Positions 13,796 through 27,305 of a stretch of DNA of 64,000 bases are shown here, in pieces. The position numbers and the translations under genes are program-made. The notes under the pieces are model-generated. The model had not been told where the DNA came from, did no database searches, and saw only the letters and a program-made list of their open reading frames with translations. This DNA comes from Styela clava. Its lineage: Eukaryota. Position 1 is the stretch's first letter. Each line of letters starts with the position of its first letter. The stretch covers positions 6,014,001 through 6,078,000 of the forward strand of contig NC_135250.1 of the NCBI RefSeq assembly GCF_964204865.1. The letters are read 5' to 3'.

Positions 13796-16700
13796 TCAAT
13801 ACGAAAATTCTCAATATTCCGAATCAGTTCAATAAACGAAAATAGGTTAATTCATCTTAAAATAACGCGGAAATGGGAGTTTTAACATGTCTAAATATTG
13901 AATAATAGTAGTTCAGTCCTATGGAACATTAAAATGATAAATTAGCTTTAGGCCTAGTCAGGCGAAAGACTGTGGTTTGTCGAATGATTGAGTCCTCTTA
14001 TCGACTTTCTCCTCCGTCTCCGAAAATTCTATCTCGTTCTAAGGTTATATAATCAACCCATTAATTAAAAGGAAATAAAATTGACAGATTCGTAACAACT
14101 CTTGCTTATAATAATATTATGTCAATGTCAGGTATTCAACCATCAAAATTGATTAATCTTGAACCTTTTATCGAGCTCTCTCTAATATTATTTCAACTAA
14201 AATTTCTCACAAGAAGATAAAAAACATAAATTACCACAACTTCCTCTAAAATACCACTATATCCGATATTCAGCTAGAAGTTTCGGCTAGGGAGGACAAC
14301 TTCAGTAAAAAATAGGTTTGCGTACTTTATTTTTTAACAGTTCAAACGTCGAAAGCTCGCTCACTTCCTGAGTTCCTGCCGCGAGACTCCTTATTTATTA
14401 CTATGAGATAGCGCAAAACGTTATCGGCGCGCTCCTATGTAGAATCCTTTAGCATGTGACAAAAATGCTCATCGGGTTCAAAATTCGGTATTATAATCCA
14501 AATATAGAATTCTCTTAAATAGAGAGAAAATGTCCCAAATAGGTAGCATTGTTTATTACATTAGTGGCCATAATAGCTCACGAGCGTATGACAACATCGT
14601 CTAATTCGGGGAAACATGGATGTCCGCATTTACGCTATATTGCCTGCAGATATTTGTACCATCGTGATGTCTTGCGATTTCGAATTTTTTACGAAGGTGG
14701 CCTAAAAATAAGGTTATTAAATTTTCAACTGTTTCTTTAATCTAAGTCACATATCTTACGATGTTAGTGCCGAAGCCAAAATAAAATATGAGATTAGATG
14801 CATTTCAGAATAATTATGTTGAGAATAAACAACTTTTCACACAATGATATTTTACTTTTTACGATAATTTATTGTATTCAATCAAGCTATAATGTCTGAC
14901 ACGATTAATATAATGCGAATGATATCTTGGATGTTGATCAAAAATAAATGACTAATATCTATCTAAAATTCCATTATTTCGAGGATATTACAATCATTTT
15001 TAATATAAAAATAGCATCAGCAAGAAAATATCAAACATGTGAAAAATTCCCACATTTGTTATACCAAATGTCACTATTTTCATGCAATATCAGAAATTAT
15101 TTCTAATGTCACGCAATAACAGTATCCAAGATGTACCAATGTATCTGCATTATCCTGAATCACATAAAGCAAAGATATTTGTTCGATAATTCAGAAAACA
15201 ATATCTTAAAATGGCACGAAAGAAAAATTGAAATCGAAACTAAAATCACCATTACGCAACTGATTTTGGTAAAAAAAACTTCTTATCGGACCAAGATCTT
15301 AAGTTTGTTGGATAAGTTATGTGCCAATGTAAATAAGTTAGAATAATTCCAAGACAACTTGAAAATTTGGTAAATTATTTTTTGTTGTTATACTTCAGGT
15401 GAAGTATCGCTATCAAAATATTCGCCAATGAAATATCAAGTCAGACTTCCTCAGACAAAAAGTTTACAACGATATTAAATGTTAGTATCGGTAAACGTCG
15501 GCTGTATCGGACCGGTATCTATATCCGCGATATTATAATACTAACACATCTTTCATTTAAATAGTGTACTCCATCTATGTAGCTTAGCGCCAATCAGATT
15601 AAAGAAATCGTGCAACCGCACTAGAAAACTATGTAGGAAGTTGTAAACAGATGTCGCATTAAGCTTAAGCCTCGATAACTTAATCCTGTAGTTTACATAC
15701 ATGTGACATTACAACATTCTTTCTGTTTAAATCCAATATTAATCTGAGAATAGTAGTCGTTTTGTGTCACTCTGTACCTTGAATCGGGTTCTGCTATATG
15801 CAAGGTGTTCATGAATTCCCCTTACAATATCAATTTTGTTATGAAGTTTATTTTCTATATATATTTCAATCATGTTTATTTGAGTTTTTACTGAATTTAA
15901 CATACGGTATATGGTATCGATAGAAAATTCTTTAATACTTTATGAAACCCCAGTCCGGTCCTTCTATATATCGAAAAACGGCTTTTCTGAAAAAAGGCGA
16001 TACTGGAATTTGTAAAGCGACGTGATTCAAGTAAAAAGATTGATCAATTTTTTTTTTCATTTCGCACTCCTTACAAATCCTAAACATATTTTCGCACCCC
16101 ATTCAAAGATTGTTGAAAATTAATACAGCTTTTATACGTGAATACTACAATCATTGCATTGTTTCCCATTTTTTCATATACACTAAATAACCCAGCACTA
16201 AACATGGAATATATTTGAACATTAGCAAATAATTAGTCAACTACAGTAATACATAACTTTTTCAGTGTTCTAGTTTGAGCAGAAGTTATTTTTATGCTAA
16301 TATTCTAAATGAGTTATATCTTTGATAACCGTGTGTTTTTAACCAAAACCCAACTATAATAAAATGTGATATTTTTTATTTGTATATGCAATGTAATAAG
16401 CTAAAAATGGATGAATAATAAGTGTTACTCTTGAAAGAAAATCAATCAAAACCCTACACAATGTGGCGCCAATTATGGGGATTGTGGTTAAAAAAACATG
16501 CCAAAAACTGCCAGAGTGACAAATTTTTTGGCAGATTACATATAAAATTACATGTCATTTGATCATCTAAATTGAAGGATTATTAATCACAAAGAATTAT
16601 GGCGCATACAAGAGCTGCTACTGAGGATTAATATCTAAGAATAAACAGATAAATGAGAACTGATCTTCGACAAGTCATGGTTACGCCGTTGGCACATTGA

Positions 16701-17693
16701 AAATTAATTGATACGAATTATGACGCCGCAATTGTTCATGTGTGGATGACACAAACAAGGTCTTACGAGTCCAGCATATACCGTGTTACCCACAATGTAT
16801 ATCTCGTGGCGGCAACGTAATAATGATACCATTTTTTTTTATTTCTCCACCCAATTTTTATTAATGCTACGTAGGTAAAATTTGAGTATAGCGTAAACGA
16901 GGAAATAAAGTATGGAAGTTTTTTAGAACTTCGGGGTAAGAAAATAATTTTAACGTCCCGAGGCTGGGAGTCGCATTTTACAACACAATACGACTTGTCA
17001 ACGCTTAAGTTTATGCGCTATCCCGGATTTTATCGAACCCGCGTCACAATGGAAATTGTAGCCACTCCGAAGTCATAGTCGAAAATGCTGTATACCGTGA
17101 GAAGTAAACGCAACTATAGGACTAATTTTTTATTTCCTACAACGATTCATAATTACACAATGGGTTCGCGTGAAGCGCACTATAACTACTCATTACACTG
17201 TTTATGATCAAAAAATGGTGTATTTAGTGCGCCACCTTGCGTTATGTAATAATTTTCATACTACCTTTGTTGAAACACATTGACGACAAATCAACTTTGC
17301 TCTAGAGCACCACCTTGAGTATACCACAAAAACATATATCTGGAAAAACATGGCACATAAAATCACGCCAGAGACGGAATATAAAGCTGATCAGGTTAGT
17401 TTAAACTTTAAAAACTCCTAAAATTTTTACCTTATTTGGGTCCTAATCCCAGAGTGGTCTACTACCAGAGTGGTCTGTGAATATATATGAAGAGAATTTT
17501 CACAACATGGCATTCTTTTTTCTGAAAATATGCTGGTTGAAGGTGACCGGCTATGGCTATGAATGCTTTATGATAGGATAGTATACTTTACAAACTCTTA
17601 TCTAAAGAAGCATAAAAACTCCAGTTATTCCAAAAGCTCAGTCAGGTCAGAAAGTAATTGATAATGATATTTATTTATTGTCGAAATGTCATT

Positions 17694-17982
17694 ACTTATC
17701 GATTTTAATCGGTAAGTATGTTGATAGGTATTTGTCTGTCCGTCTGTTAGATGCACGCGATATCTCACGAAAGCGAGATTGAATCTGCTCCAGATTTTGC
17801 ATGTGCATTCATCATATGTCATACCAGAAGCCTATTGATTTTGGATGAATTATGTCGTATAATTAGCGAGTTATTAATTAATTAGTGATAGGACACAAGG
17901 TGTCACTATGGAGTAAGAGCGCTGTTTTGGGGGATCCCCTAACTTTCGATCGATAAGTCTTCGTCTCTGATGGATATTCTCG
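17694..17982 (+). mobile_element. DINE-1-like HINE, family B
   Basis: Flanked by TT. Subterminal inverted repeat ACTTATCGAT (17694) / ATCGATAAGT (17949); GTCTGTCCGTCTGT microsatellite; 3' end ...TTCTCG|TT. Confidence 0.75.
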
Positions 17983-18369
17983 TTTGTTATGTTGTATTGT
18001 TTATCTCTATTTGAAAACTTATATGCATGTTAGATCAGCTTCGCCGATCTTCTGCCTGATTTAATTTTACATTTTTTTTTATTAATTCATAAATAAGTTC
18101 GTCTTTTAATGAATATGTAGTCTTTCCGTTTTAAGGGTTCAACTTCCTGAAACAACTATTTTCAAATCAGAAGATGATCTAGCTAGACAAGTAGTCTGAT
18201 CACTGGCAATGGCAATGTGACGATGAACATAGCAATGATCATAATGAAGGCTCAGACTTGGCTGTTATAACAGTTTGGCTTAGGTTCAGAAGGAAGCCAC
18301 ATTGATTAATATGAATCAACATACTTCACTACTTTAAATGTAAATTTTCTCAATGTTGACGATGATCCA

Positions 18370-18374
18370 TCATA
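18370..18374 (-). CDS. Probable terminal exon: last codon (V) plus TGA stop, followed by 3' UTR
   Basis: Strong acceptor ttccttcttttttttaatag|TATGA; G+TA=Val, then TGA. Minus-strand AATAAA near 18078-18083, and CpG depletion ends near 18.0 kb. Confidence 0.55.
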
Positions 18375-19374
18375 CTATTAAAAAAAAGAAGGAAAATATC
18401 GTGTCAGGGCAACATTTTATTGTTTTGTTTTTTGATAAAATGTGGTTTTTCAATATCCAATTTTTTGGCATAATTTGGAACATCATCCAAGATGCTAAGC
18501 AGTGCTTCAGACACTGTTAGATGGCTGTTAATGATAAATTGACTCAGTTTTCAGGCACATTGCTTGATGCAAGGTATGACAATTATGATACTATTTGCCA
18601 ATAAACAGTATATTTGGCTTGTCTCAATGTGACAATTTTTCTAAATTGAACGATATTCATTCATCAAGTACCGTAGGTCAAGTTTTTCAAAAGCACTTGA
18701 ACTTTTTTGGAAGTGTTTCTGTATTTTTGCTCTTCTGCAATTGTCTTCATACAATATTCAATTATGTCTTGCAATCGTGAATCCTAGTTGAAGATTGATG
18801 GTTTCTGTGTTATCATTCCTTTTCATGCAAATCTCTCCATTTTCAATTGTCTTCATATAATGTTTGATCATAGGCAAATGTGACCCCAAGTTGAGGTTTC
18901 CCATCTAAACTATCCTCAAAACAGTGGTCCCACATTTTTCAATTTATTTCTGCCTTTGCTTATTTTGAAATTCTTCATTCCTTCCTCACTAAGCATAAAA
19001 ACTTGTTTGTGAATGTTGTTCAATATTTAGCGAGTAGTGATAGGTACAAGTGTTGATACAGACAACCTGTACTCTGGCTTTCGCACAATTTGAATATTAC
19101 ATAATGTGTGCTTAAATGGTATTACAACACCCAAATACAAAATAAAATTTCTCCCTAAAACAATAAAATCCTGCCCTGTATGTTAAAATATCTTTGCATC
19201 ATAATGACAGTTCCAGAAGCAGTGGTGACCATCACATAAAAATTCACCTAAAACTTGAACCTGGTCATTTCTTTCCAAAAAAAAAACTCCCTTGAAAATA
19301 ACATACCAAACATAGTAGTAACAGTCTCAAAGTTTTGATTTCATATGATTATTAAAAAATCATTAAAAGCTTAC

Positions 19375-19515
19375 CAGGCAAGGTTGAATAAAATTTTCTT
19401 CTCTGTAATGAGAGATCATGATGGTGTAGATATTGCACAGGAGGAGATTTAACGAGATGTGGATGAACATTGGTGGGCGATGATGATGAACTGTGACTGA
19501 TATGGGACGTTGAAT
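19375..19515 (-). CDS. Coding exon (DSTSHISHSSSSSPTNVHPHLVKSPPVQYLHHHDLSLQRRKFYSTLP)
   Basis: Acceptor tttcttttccag|AT, donor CTG|gtaagc. 141 nt, phase 1 to 1, open frame. Confidence 0.85.
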
Positions 19516-19552
19516 CTGGAAAAGAAATTGAAACAAATCAATGCTATTTACA

Positions 19553-19665
19553 TTTGAGTGGTTAAAGCGTTGGACTTAGTGATCCTGGTACTGAAAGTTA
19601 AAAATCTCTGTTTCATACCCACTACCATCCATGGTATAGTAAATTGGATAGACAATGTCGGACTG
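19553..19665 (+). mobile_element. Degenerate tRNA-derived SINE head
   Basis: gagtggttaaagcgttggactt resembles a tRNA A-box/D-arm; no intact cloverleaf. Confidence 0.45.
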
Positions 19666-20347
19666 TAAATAATGACTGCTTATCTAGAAGTGGATGCGTT
19701 TACAGTGCCTTGATCGCGAGTTAGAGTATATAAATTATCTGAAAGAAGTACTGTAAATAAACATATAGTATGTATGTATATAAAATGGGATATGATGTGA
19801 TACTGTAATTCATGACTACAATTTGGTGAAATATGAAGGTCATTTTCTTGTAAATAAAATCCCTTCAAGATGTTACTGTTAATAATATAGAGATTTTAAT
19901 ATTTCTTGGAAGGAGGAAAGATAACATGAAGCCTCGATCACATGATAAATAATAGCCTCTAATTTTGTAGCCTTGCATATTGGAATTGCTGACTATTTTG
20001 AATGTGATTAATGTAAGAGATTATCGGTAACAAGTAGTTACATGAACTGCTTGTACAAAGGTCCCATCCACTAGGAAATAGCTTTTTAATGATATCTTGG
20101 AAAGAATCACATAAATAGCAGACTTTTTTCAGCAAGACTGTAAAGGGTTAGAATTTCAGTAATTATAATATAAATTTTATATAGAGTATTGTGTTGACAC
20201 TGGGTGGTCCATCTTTGGACTTCTTAGCTTGAGGGAAAAAATTAACCAAGGAACCACTAGACAGACAGATTCAACTGATAAATCATAAAATAACACAAAA
20301 ACACCAAAGCCCTATGGCTAATATTAAGATTCAGTAATGAAATTTGC

Positions 20348-20546
20348 GGCACACCAGATGTGTGTGTACCAATATGGAGGTAACTAATTTTGTTCGCCTA
20401 TTTTACATCAAGTTGTGTAAAGGTATGGAAGCCTATATGGGTAGGGAGTATATTCACTTGGCTAACACAGACAGTCCCCGAACTCGTAATAGAACTAAAA
20501 TAATAAAATCTGAATAAAATTATGGCCCACACACTACGGGAGTACC
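20348..20546 (+). mobile_element. Merlin-like MITE
   Basis: GGCAC...CTACGGGAGTACC flanked by the direct repeat aatttgc; body shared with the 9881 and 21890 copies. Confidence 0.7.
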
Positions 20547-21607
20547 AATTTGCCATGTTGGGGATATAGATAAATTGTATGTAAACAACATGGACAACAT
20601 GCCTGATGCTTTGTTTTTTATCATTTGAACAATTTCCCCAGGGATATTGTTCATGTAATCATCTACTATCTATAGATTTTTAAATACGATAAAAATGAGA
20701 CGTATTGACCAAATAAACACTTCAATGAGAATATGACAAGGAGCTGTCGTTAATTTGAACGCTGGTATTTGTATTGGAAGTTTTCAAATGTCAGAATTAG
20801 AGAATTGTTATAATGTGCTACACAAATACTTTGGATTCTCAATTCTATCATGGGGTTTGAGTAAGATCAAATATAATGCATTAGGACTCAGAATGGAATA
20901 GTTAACCAGATAACCATCATAAAATGGTTAATGGTCATGGATGATTTTGACAGGAAACAATCATACCATGTAGTACAGTACATTCTTAACCAATGTACGT
21001 TCACCCAATAAAATTTAAATATTTTAATTTTGAGGCTTCTGACCACGTCCTGCCAAAGTGCAAGGTGAATTATCCAATCCACATTGTGGTGTGAACTACA
21101 GTTATATAAGAACTATTACAACTATTACATTACATTGGAAAGTAAGTGAAAGATGTGGAATATTTTAGCCCAAGCCAAACTAATGAATTGTGTGAGAATG
21201 TAATAATTCTAAGAATAAAGTGTCTCATGAGAAAAAAATAAATAAAAAGGTAGTTGATTCCATATCAACAAAACATCAATTTTTTTTAGTAATGCACAAT
21301 GATGCAAATGCAATACTTCCATAGATGAATTGATATGGTGATTGACAAATCTTTTTCTTATTTCAAAAATGTTTGTGCCAAATTCACACTTTGTTGACCT
21401 AATGCTTAAGGCAAGGATTACAATAAGATTGTGGCATCGCGTGTCCTAAGCTGACATAGTAACGTGTACTTAAGAATATCAACAAACAAACAGATTTGCC
21501 AAAGATATGTTTTTCGTTCCACCAATTACCGAACACATTCGGAAAGCATGGCTTGTAAATTGAGAAAGTCATATTCCTTTATCTTTTTTTATACGTCATA
21601 TTTATAA

Positions 21608-21687
21608 GTTGAACTCAGGATTTTAACCTGCGACTGTGAGGTCATCATAGTTGAGTCTAACGCTATGACCACTGTGCCACAGGGTCC
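21608..21687 (-). mobile_element. tRNA-derived SINE head
   Basis: Minus strand GGACCCTGTGGCACAGTGGTCATAGCG...GGTTAAAATCC: A-box and degenerate B-box at tRNA-like spacing. Confidence 0.6.
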
Positions 21688-21889
21688 AGGACACATTTTA
21701 ATAGAGAAAGGAAGAGTAGATCTATTCTTTGATGGAATTGATATTCCCCAGCACATATAAGGTCCAATGGGTGCAGTCCCAGAATTATCAGGAACATTAC
21801 ATAGAATATTCTTCTTGCTACAGTATTCTTACATTACACGAATATGAATCCATGAACGCAACTAAATAGACTGATAACTCTCACATAAC

Positions 21890-22031
21890 GACGCTCCAGA
21901 AGTATGTGTACCAATATGGAGGTAACTAATTTTGTCCCGAAGTCCCCAAACTCGTAAAAGAACTAAAATAAGAAGAATCAAAATTAAATTATGGCCTAAC
22001 CCTAACCTATTATACATACTACGGGGGTAAC
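21890..22031 (+). mobile_element. Merlin-like MITE, internally deleted, 8-bp TSD CACATAAC
   Basis: TSD at 21882-21889 and 22032-22039; termini GACGCTCC / CTACGGGGGTAAC. Confidence 0.75.
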
Positions 22032-25000
22032 CACATAACACCAACTGAGAGTTCCATTGAAAGTTGCAAAGAAATATAATTGATTATCTAATTTTTCATC
22101 AATTCAATTGTGCCTGGCAGTAAGGGAGCCAACCAGTTTATCTAGATTTTTTTATACCACATGAATTTTACGATACAAGCGCAATTAGCAAACAACTATT
22201 TTATTCTTATATAAGAAACTTGTTCTGTGGAAGCCGCTGGCAGCATGTGGCAAATCATATAACTGATACAATCACTTTCACAATAAACATGATATAGTTT
22301 TTGTAATTAGACAGAAGATTATGAGAAAAATCTGAGCTGTATGGTCTAAATTATTTTTACATTAGCAATGATTCTGAATCAAACAGATAAACTAATGGAG
22401 TAAATATGAAAATAAATTGAGAAAATAATCCTAATTTGTAACAACTTTTTCGATTTAGAATAAAACGATTAGGTCAGTGTCACTCAGCAAATGGTGACTC
22501 CAGGTGTTATGTTACACATATTATCGTGTTTCATGTTTCATCATTAAAATAGTCATGACATCAAATAAAAAATTGACTTGGTATCACAGTGCTACATAAT
22601 ATAACTTGTGAAAGTGTTAGCTGCAAGCAAGAATGTTCATAAAATTTGAAATAAAAGTTAACAAAATTTGATTTCCCGTAAGTGTTACGAATACATGGCA
22701 TGTCTTCAAATCCAATATCAATAAAATAGCAACATTTAAAGATTAGAAAAACAATATCTATGCTGATGCATAAAACCTAGTGCTATGCAGTTTTTACTGT
22801 ATGCTTATTAAACAAAAGTCTTGAGGCCTCACATTTTTTAGTATCAGTCCAGCCATTTGTACAAAATATTGCTAAATGAAACACGTAATTCAGACAAACA
22901 AATACCAACAGGAATGATGGGAAGTAAGTAAAATTTGGATGTTATGAACATCATTAGGCTCTAAGATTAGTATAGAACTATTACCCACTATCCAGTTTCA
23001 TTAGTCATTACGAGTTGTAATTGTTATCATTGACAAAAAACACATCAAAAATGACATTGAGAAATGATGAAATTATTGACGAGAAGAAACGATGAAATTA
23101 CCGTATATAATGAGATGTTTGAAATTGTGAAAATAATAATCGATATATCATTGGCAATCAAAGTTTGACTCAGTTTATTAGTTACCGCTTTTAAGTAAGT
23201 ATTCAATGGGTTGGATTAAATAGAATATTTCAGCAACTTCTAGAAAAAAGGTTTAAAAAAAGGTTTGATTGATACATCATAATACATTTCATAACAATAT
23301 TAAAAACAGTGAATCTATATTTGGCCAGTGAAATCTTTTTCCTCTGTATTTAAATAATATAAAAAGAAATAATCAAATAAATTTAGGTTTTGGTAAATTT
23401 TGTGTTAAAATATGTCAAATGATTCAATCCATGTAAATTTCACGATTCTAAAATTAGTTGAATTTGAACTGTGTTTTCCGTCGTTTTGAAACTTTTTGAT
23501 TTTTTGATAATCTCAACAGATTTTATCTCTGAAAATTATATACCTTAAATCATGTTGTGATTAGATGACACATACTGATTTAAATTGGATAAAATCATGT
23601 GAACGCCCTATGTGAAAGAATCAAAATGAAACATCAAAATAAGTGTAAAAATTTTAATGACGCTAAAATGCAGATTAAGACGCCACAAAAACAGTGCTCG
23701 GATCCAAAATATAAATCAAAAGATGAGAAATGTACTTTAAGAACGGTTATGTGAAGTCCATTCATTCATCTTGATGTTAAAGTTTGACAAATTGATATTT
23801 TTTAATATTAAACAAGGGAGCAATTCCCAAATATATGAACACGAAAGACCATCGGTACCAGTACAGTTCAGTCCTTAGCTGAGCACAAATTAAGCCGAGA
23901 AGAATTAGTGGACAAGTGTGGCAGATATGTGTGACGAAATAAATTGTTTCTGTACTTCATAAAAAGTGTCGTCATGACTTAAAACGAATGAGAAAAATTT
24001 TTGAACAAAAAATATATGGTCCTATAGGAAAAAAGTATCAGACTGGGATTTTCAACGACTGTAAAATTTAAAATCAACTACTCCACCGGTTCCAGGGCAA
24101 AGAGATTGTTTCATAATAGCAGCAATAACAAAAATTCAGCAATATATGTCAACTTCAGGTCCAATAAATATTACCGTACCTAAATGCACAAGCATACTTT
24201 GGCTCAAAATTTTGCTCTTGTCCTCTCGCAACCCAGCTAACATCACAAAAAGTTGAGTTCAACTACCAAATTGTTGTCATAAAGCATTAACATAGAATGT
24301 TGTCTGTCAAACAGCCAATAACCACATATAATCACAAAACCCTATCCAAATAAACAGAATTGAGGAATCTACTCAACTTTTTGGATACCGGAAACAGAAT
24401 AGAACACTGATAAGGTTGTTAAATTAAAATCATAAAGATCGATATCGCTATGTAAAGGATAGAGTGGCAGAAGTTCAAAACTTCAAAGAAAATAGATTTG
24501 TAGTTGCACAAAACAAATTACCGGTATGTATGGACAATTATAACAAAGTTAGCCCTGTCAAAATCGAACACGTTATTACCAACTTTTCAGAGGGAGTTTC
24601 GGTCAAAAAAAACCTACAGACAGCTATGCTTTGGCTGTGTATATGTGTATCTTTTAAATTCATCTGATGTGAAATAAAAATTAAACAATCACCTCATATT
24701 TATTTCATGCCAATACCTGTATAGGCTATTAATTAACTTACGAGTTTCTTAACGTGAAGATTACTTGGTAACTGATATGTTTCAGACTTTTAAATAAAAA
24801 TATTTTCAATCCAAGAAATTCATTTGATCAACTTTCAAGATGCATACGCCTATATCTAATCATTTATGTATGTATTTGCAATACACAAAGAAAAATGAAA
24901 TGAAAAACCTGCTGTGTTGAAATGATAGAAACATATTCAACTATAACGAAAACGGCAGAAGAGTATAGAGAGCGTCGAGCACGGTTACCATAGATTAATC

Positions 25001-25331
25001 TGTGACATCAAGTACACGAAATTATTTCAATGCCTATATATTAAACGGAACATTTCAATATTTTGATTACTTCTTGTTTCATGCATAGACTTTCCATGCA
25101 GGTATGTCCTTGATTAATGGGGGGAAATACTAGAACCAGGGTTTCTTGAACTGGGCCCTTAGCCCACCTACGGTGCCACAGGGGCTTTGATAAGGGCCTA
25201 CACTAATTACCATTTGCATAGACTACATTTACGGTACCTAAAGTAAATTAGAGTCTCTGGAAGAAGAAGTCCATGGATCGTGAAAGTTTGAAACCAACAT
25301 ACAAACAGGAATATACAACTAATGCACATAC

Positions 25332-25433
25332 CAGCACTCTCTTTTCTTATCCTCTTAGGGCCAGAACATCCAGTGCCATCCATCGTGTATTCTGAATCTC
25401 TTCTATGCATATTTGACATCAGCATATCAGGAC
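25332..25433 (-). CDS. Coding exon (SPDMLMSNMHRRDSEYTMDGTGCSGPKRIRKESA) with NLS-like PKRIRK
   Basis: Acceptor tttttgttag|GT, donor CTG|gtatgt. 102 nt, phase 1 to 1; overlaps ORF 25207-25440. Confidence 0.88.
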
Positions 25434-25794
25434 CTAACAAAAATCAAATCAGTTTTATTGTCAAGACATATGTATAGAAAATATGAAAATTAACAGCGAA
25501 ATCAATAAAGTAAAACTCAATCAGAGCTCATTATTACTGATATCCAGAACAAATAAAGTATTCGAATCCAATTAAAACAAAATATTGAATATAGCATGTT
25601 TTTCAAAAATATTTTTTGAAAATTTTCAAGAAAATTACCATTTTGTTAAGTGTTTGAGACAGGACCAAATTAGACATCAACCAACCTCTGATACTGTAAA
25701 AATCTAATCAAAACATTTTCTTTTGACGTCGTCAAGTTATATTCTAATAATAAATAGAAAACATTTTGCAAATTTCTCCATTTACCGTAATATA

Positions 25795-25966
25795 TAGGAT
25801 GTCCAACAAGTCTTGAAATTTTTCAAAATCGCAAAGGGAATTTATCAATGCCATATATTGTTTTGGCCCTCACAGATGCATTAAATGAAGTAAAAATACT
25901 AGATCAATAAAAAAAATTGGTTTCATAACAAAATTGAAATTGTAAAGAGACTTTATGGACACCCTT
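25795..25966. mobile_element. Tc1/mariner-type MITE
   Basis: TA|TAGGATGTCCAACAAGTCT ... AGACTTTATGGACACCCTT|TA: a degenerate CAGGGTGTCC TIR with TA TSD. Confidence 0.7.
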
Positions 25967-26828
25967 TATATCAAATATTTACATGAAAAATATATACAAT
26001 ATTACATATAAAATCCTGCAGATTCAAAAAAAATATTTCTCATAATGTATTGAGAGCAGTTTTAAAGAGAAAGGGTAGAAAAGTAAAAGGGTTTAAAAAA
26101 AAATTCAAAAACATGGTGTAAAAATTCCCACCAAAGCAAAAACCTTAGCATAAACATGTTTTCAGATCATTTTACCTTAATAATTAGATTTTAATCAGTG
26201 TAGATATGAAGCAAAAAAATCTCAATAACATTGTTTACATTGCTCTTACGATTTCTGTGATGTTACTCATACATATTTTAAAAACAAGTCCATCAAAAAT
26301 AAAAATGTTGAGAGGGCTAGTCAAAACACCTCCTGTTTTTTTTGAAGATTTTGTTTTCATAACAGCAATGATCTCTAGATATAGATCAAATTTTTCCAAG
26401 TATAGTTGGTATGGTAATAATAACATTCCACATTAATGTCAACATCTTGCTTCGAGATAGCTATGTTGTTCGTTATGAGTTATATTATGTTATAGATAAG
26501 TATAGGTAAAATGGGGGAGGAATATTTGTTATTGGGTCCTTTATATCAGGGATTACAAAACATTGACTTGCGGGCCACAAAGTGACCCATTATGTTTTTT
26601 TGGTGACCCGCCAAACCAGATTAATGCAAAAAACACGCGAAATTTAAGTGATAAATGCTGCATTGATTCAATCCAAGAATAAGTGAACAACTATAATCTA
26701 ACAGTATTGAGCTACGGACTTTCATTAGAGCTCAAAATTACACAATAGCAAGGGAGGATTAAAAAACTGCAGAAAAAATGCAGCAGAAAGTTTCTCATTG
26801 ATGCAGACATTGATTAAGCATCTGCGAC

Positions 26829-26985
26829 CCAAGTTCATGCATGTGGAACAAATTGCTGGCTAACTAATCCCATATCTGACATGGACTGGTAGCCGGACAA
26901 GAGTCCGTGGTATCATAATGATTAAGCCGTCTTTATTGGCTTTCCTCTCCCCCGGGATAAAAATGATACTTGATCTTATATCCTC
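26829..26985 (+). mobile_element. SINE/LINE 3'-tail family copy
   Basis: taactaatcccata..ccggac..aagccgtcttta..ggctttcctctcccccgggataaa is the reverse complement of 51146-51290. Confidence 0.7.
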
Positions 26986-27146
26986 ATACCTTAGGGGTTG
27001 AATACTGAGTGGTACACAAGGTAATCACCAGCGTTGTGATGATAAACCCATTCAACATATACAAGCACGAACAATTCTAGCAAACCGTCACTTATAGTTC
27101 AAAGGAGATTAAACAAGTAAAATTCAATGATTTTTTTGTATCTTAC

Positions 27147-27305
27147 TTGTGACAGGAGAGGTTGTATGATGAGGCATCACCAAAGGTAAGTGTCTTTGCA
27201 TTAAGTCGGAGGAGATCGGTAATCTAGCACCAGTGTTCATTGTGAGAGGCATAAAAGCTGCTGTGAGTGCTCTTGCTGCTACATTTAGTAATACGCCATG
27301 GTGAT
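27147..27305 (-). CDS. Coding exon (DHHGVLLNVAARALTAAFMPLTM...PHHTTSPVT)
   Basis: Acceptor atttctcag|AT, donor CAA|gtaaga. 159 nt, phase 1 to 1, open frame. Confidence 0.88.

Noticed and set aside
18760-19066. Alternative terminal coding exons between 19375 and 18374
   Set aside because: The acceptors lack polypyrimidine tracts and the frames stop quickly; the 18374 acceptor is much stronger.
19553-21687. True tRNA genes at 19553 and 21608
   Set aside because: A/B-box-like motifs are present, but the acceptor and T stems do not pair; SINE heads explain them better.
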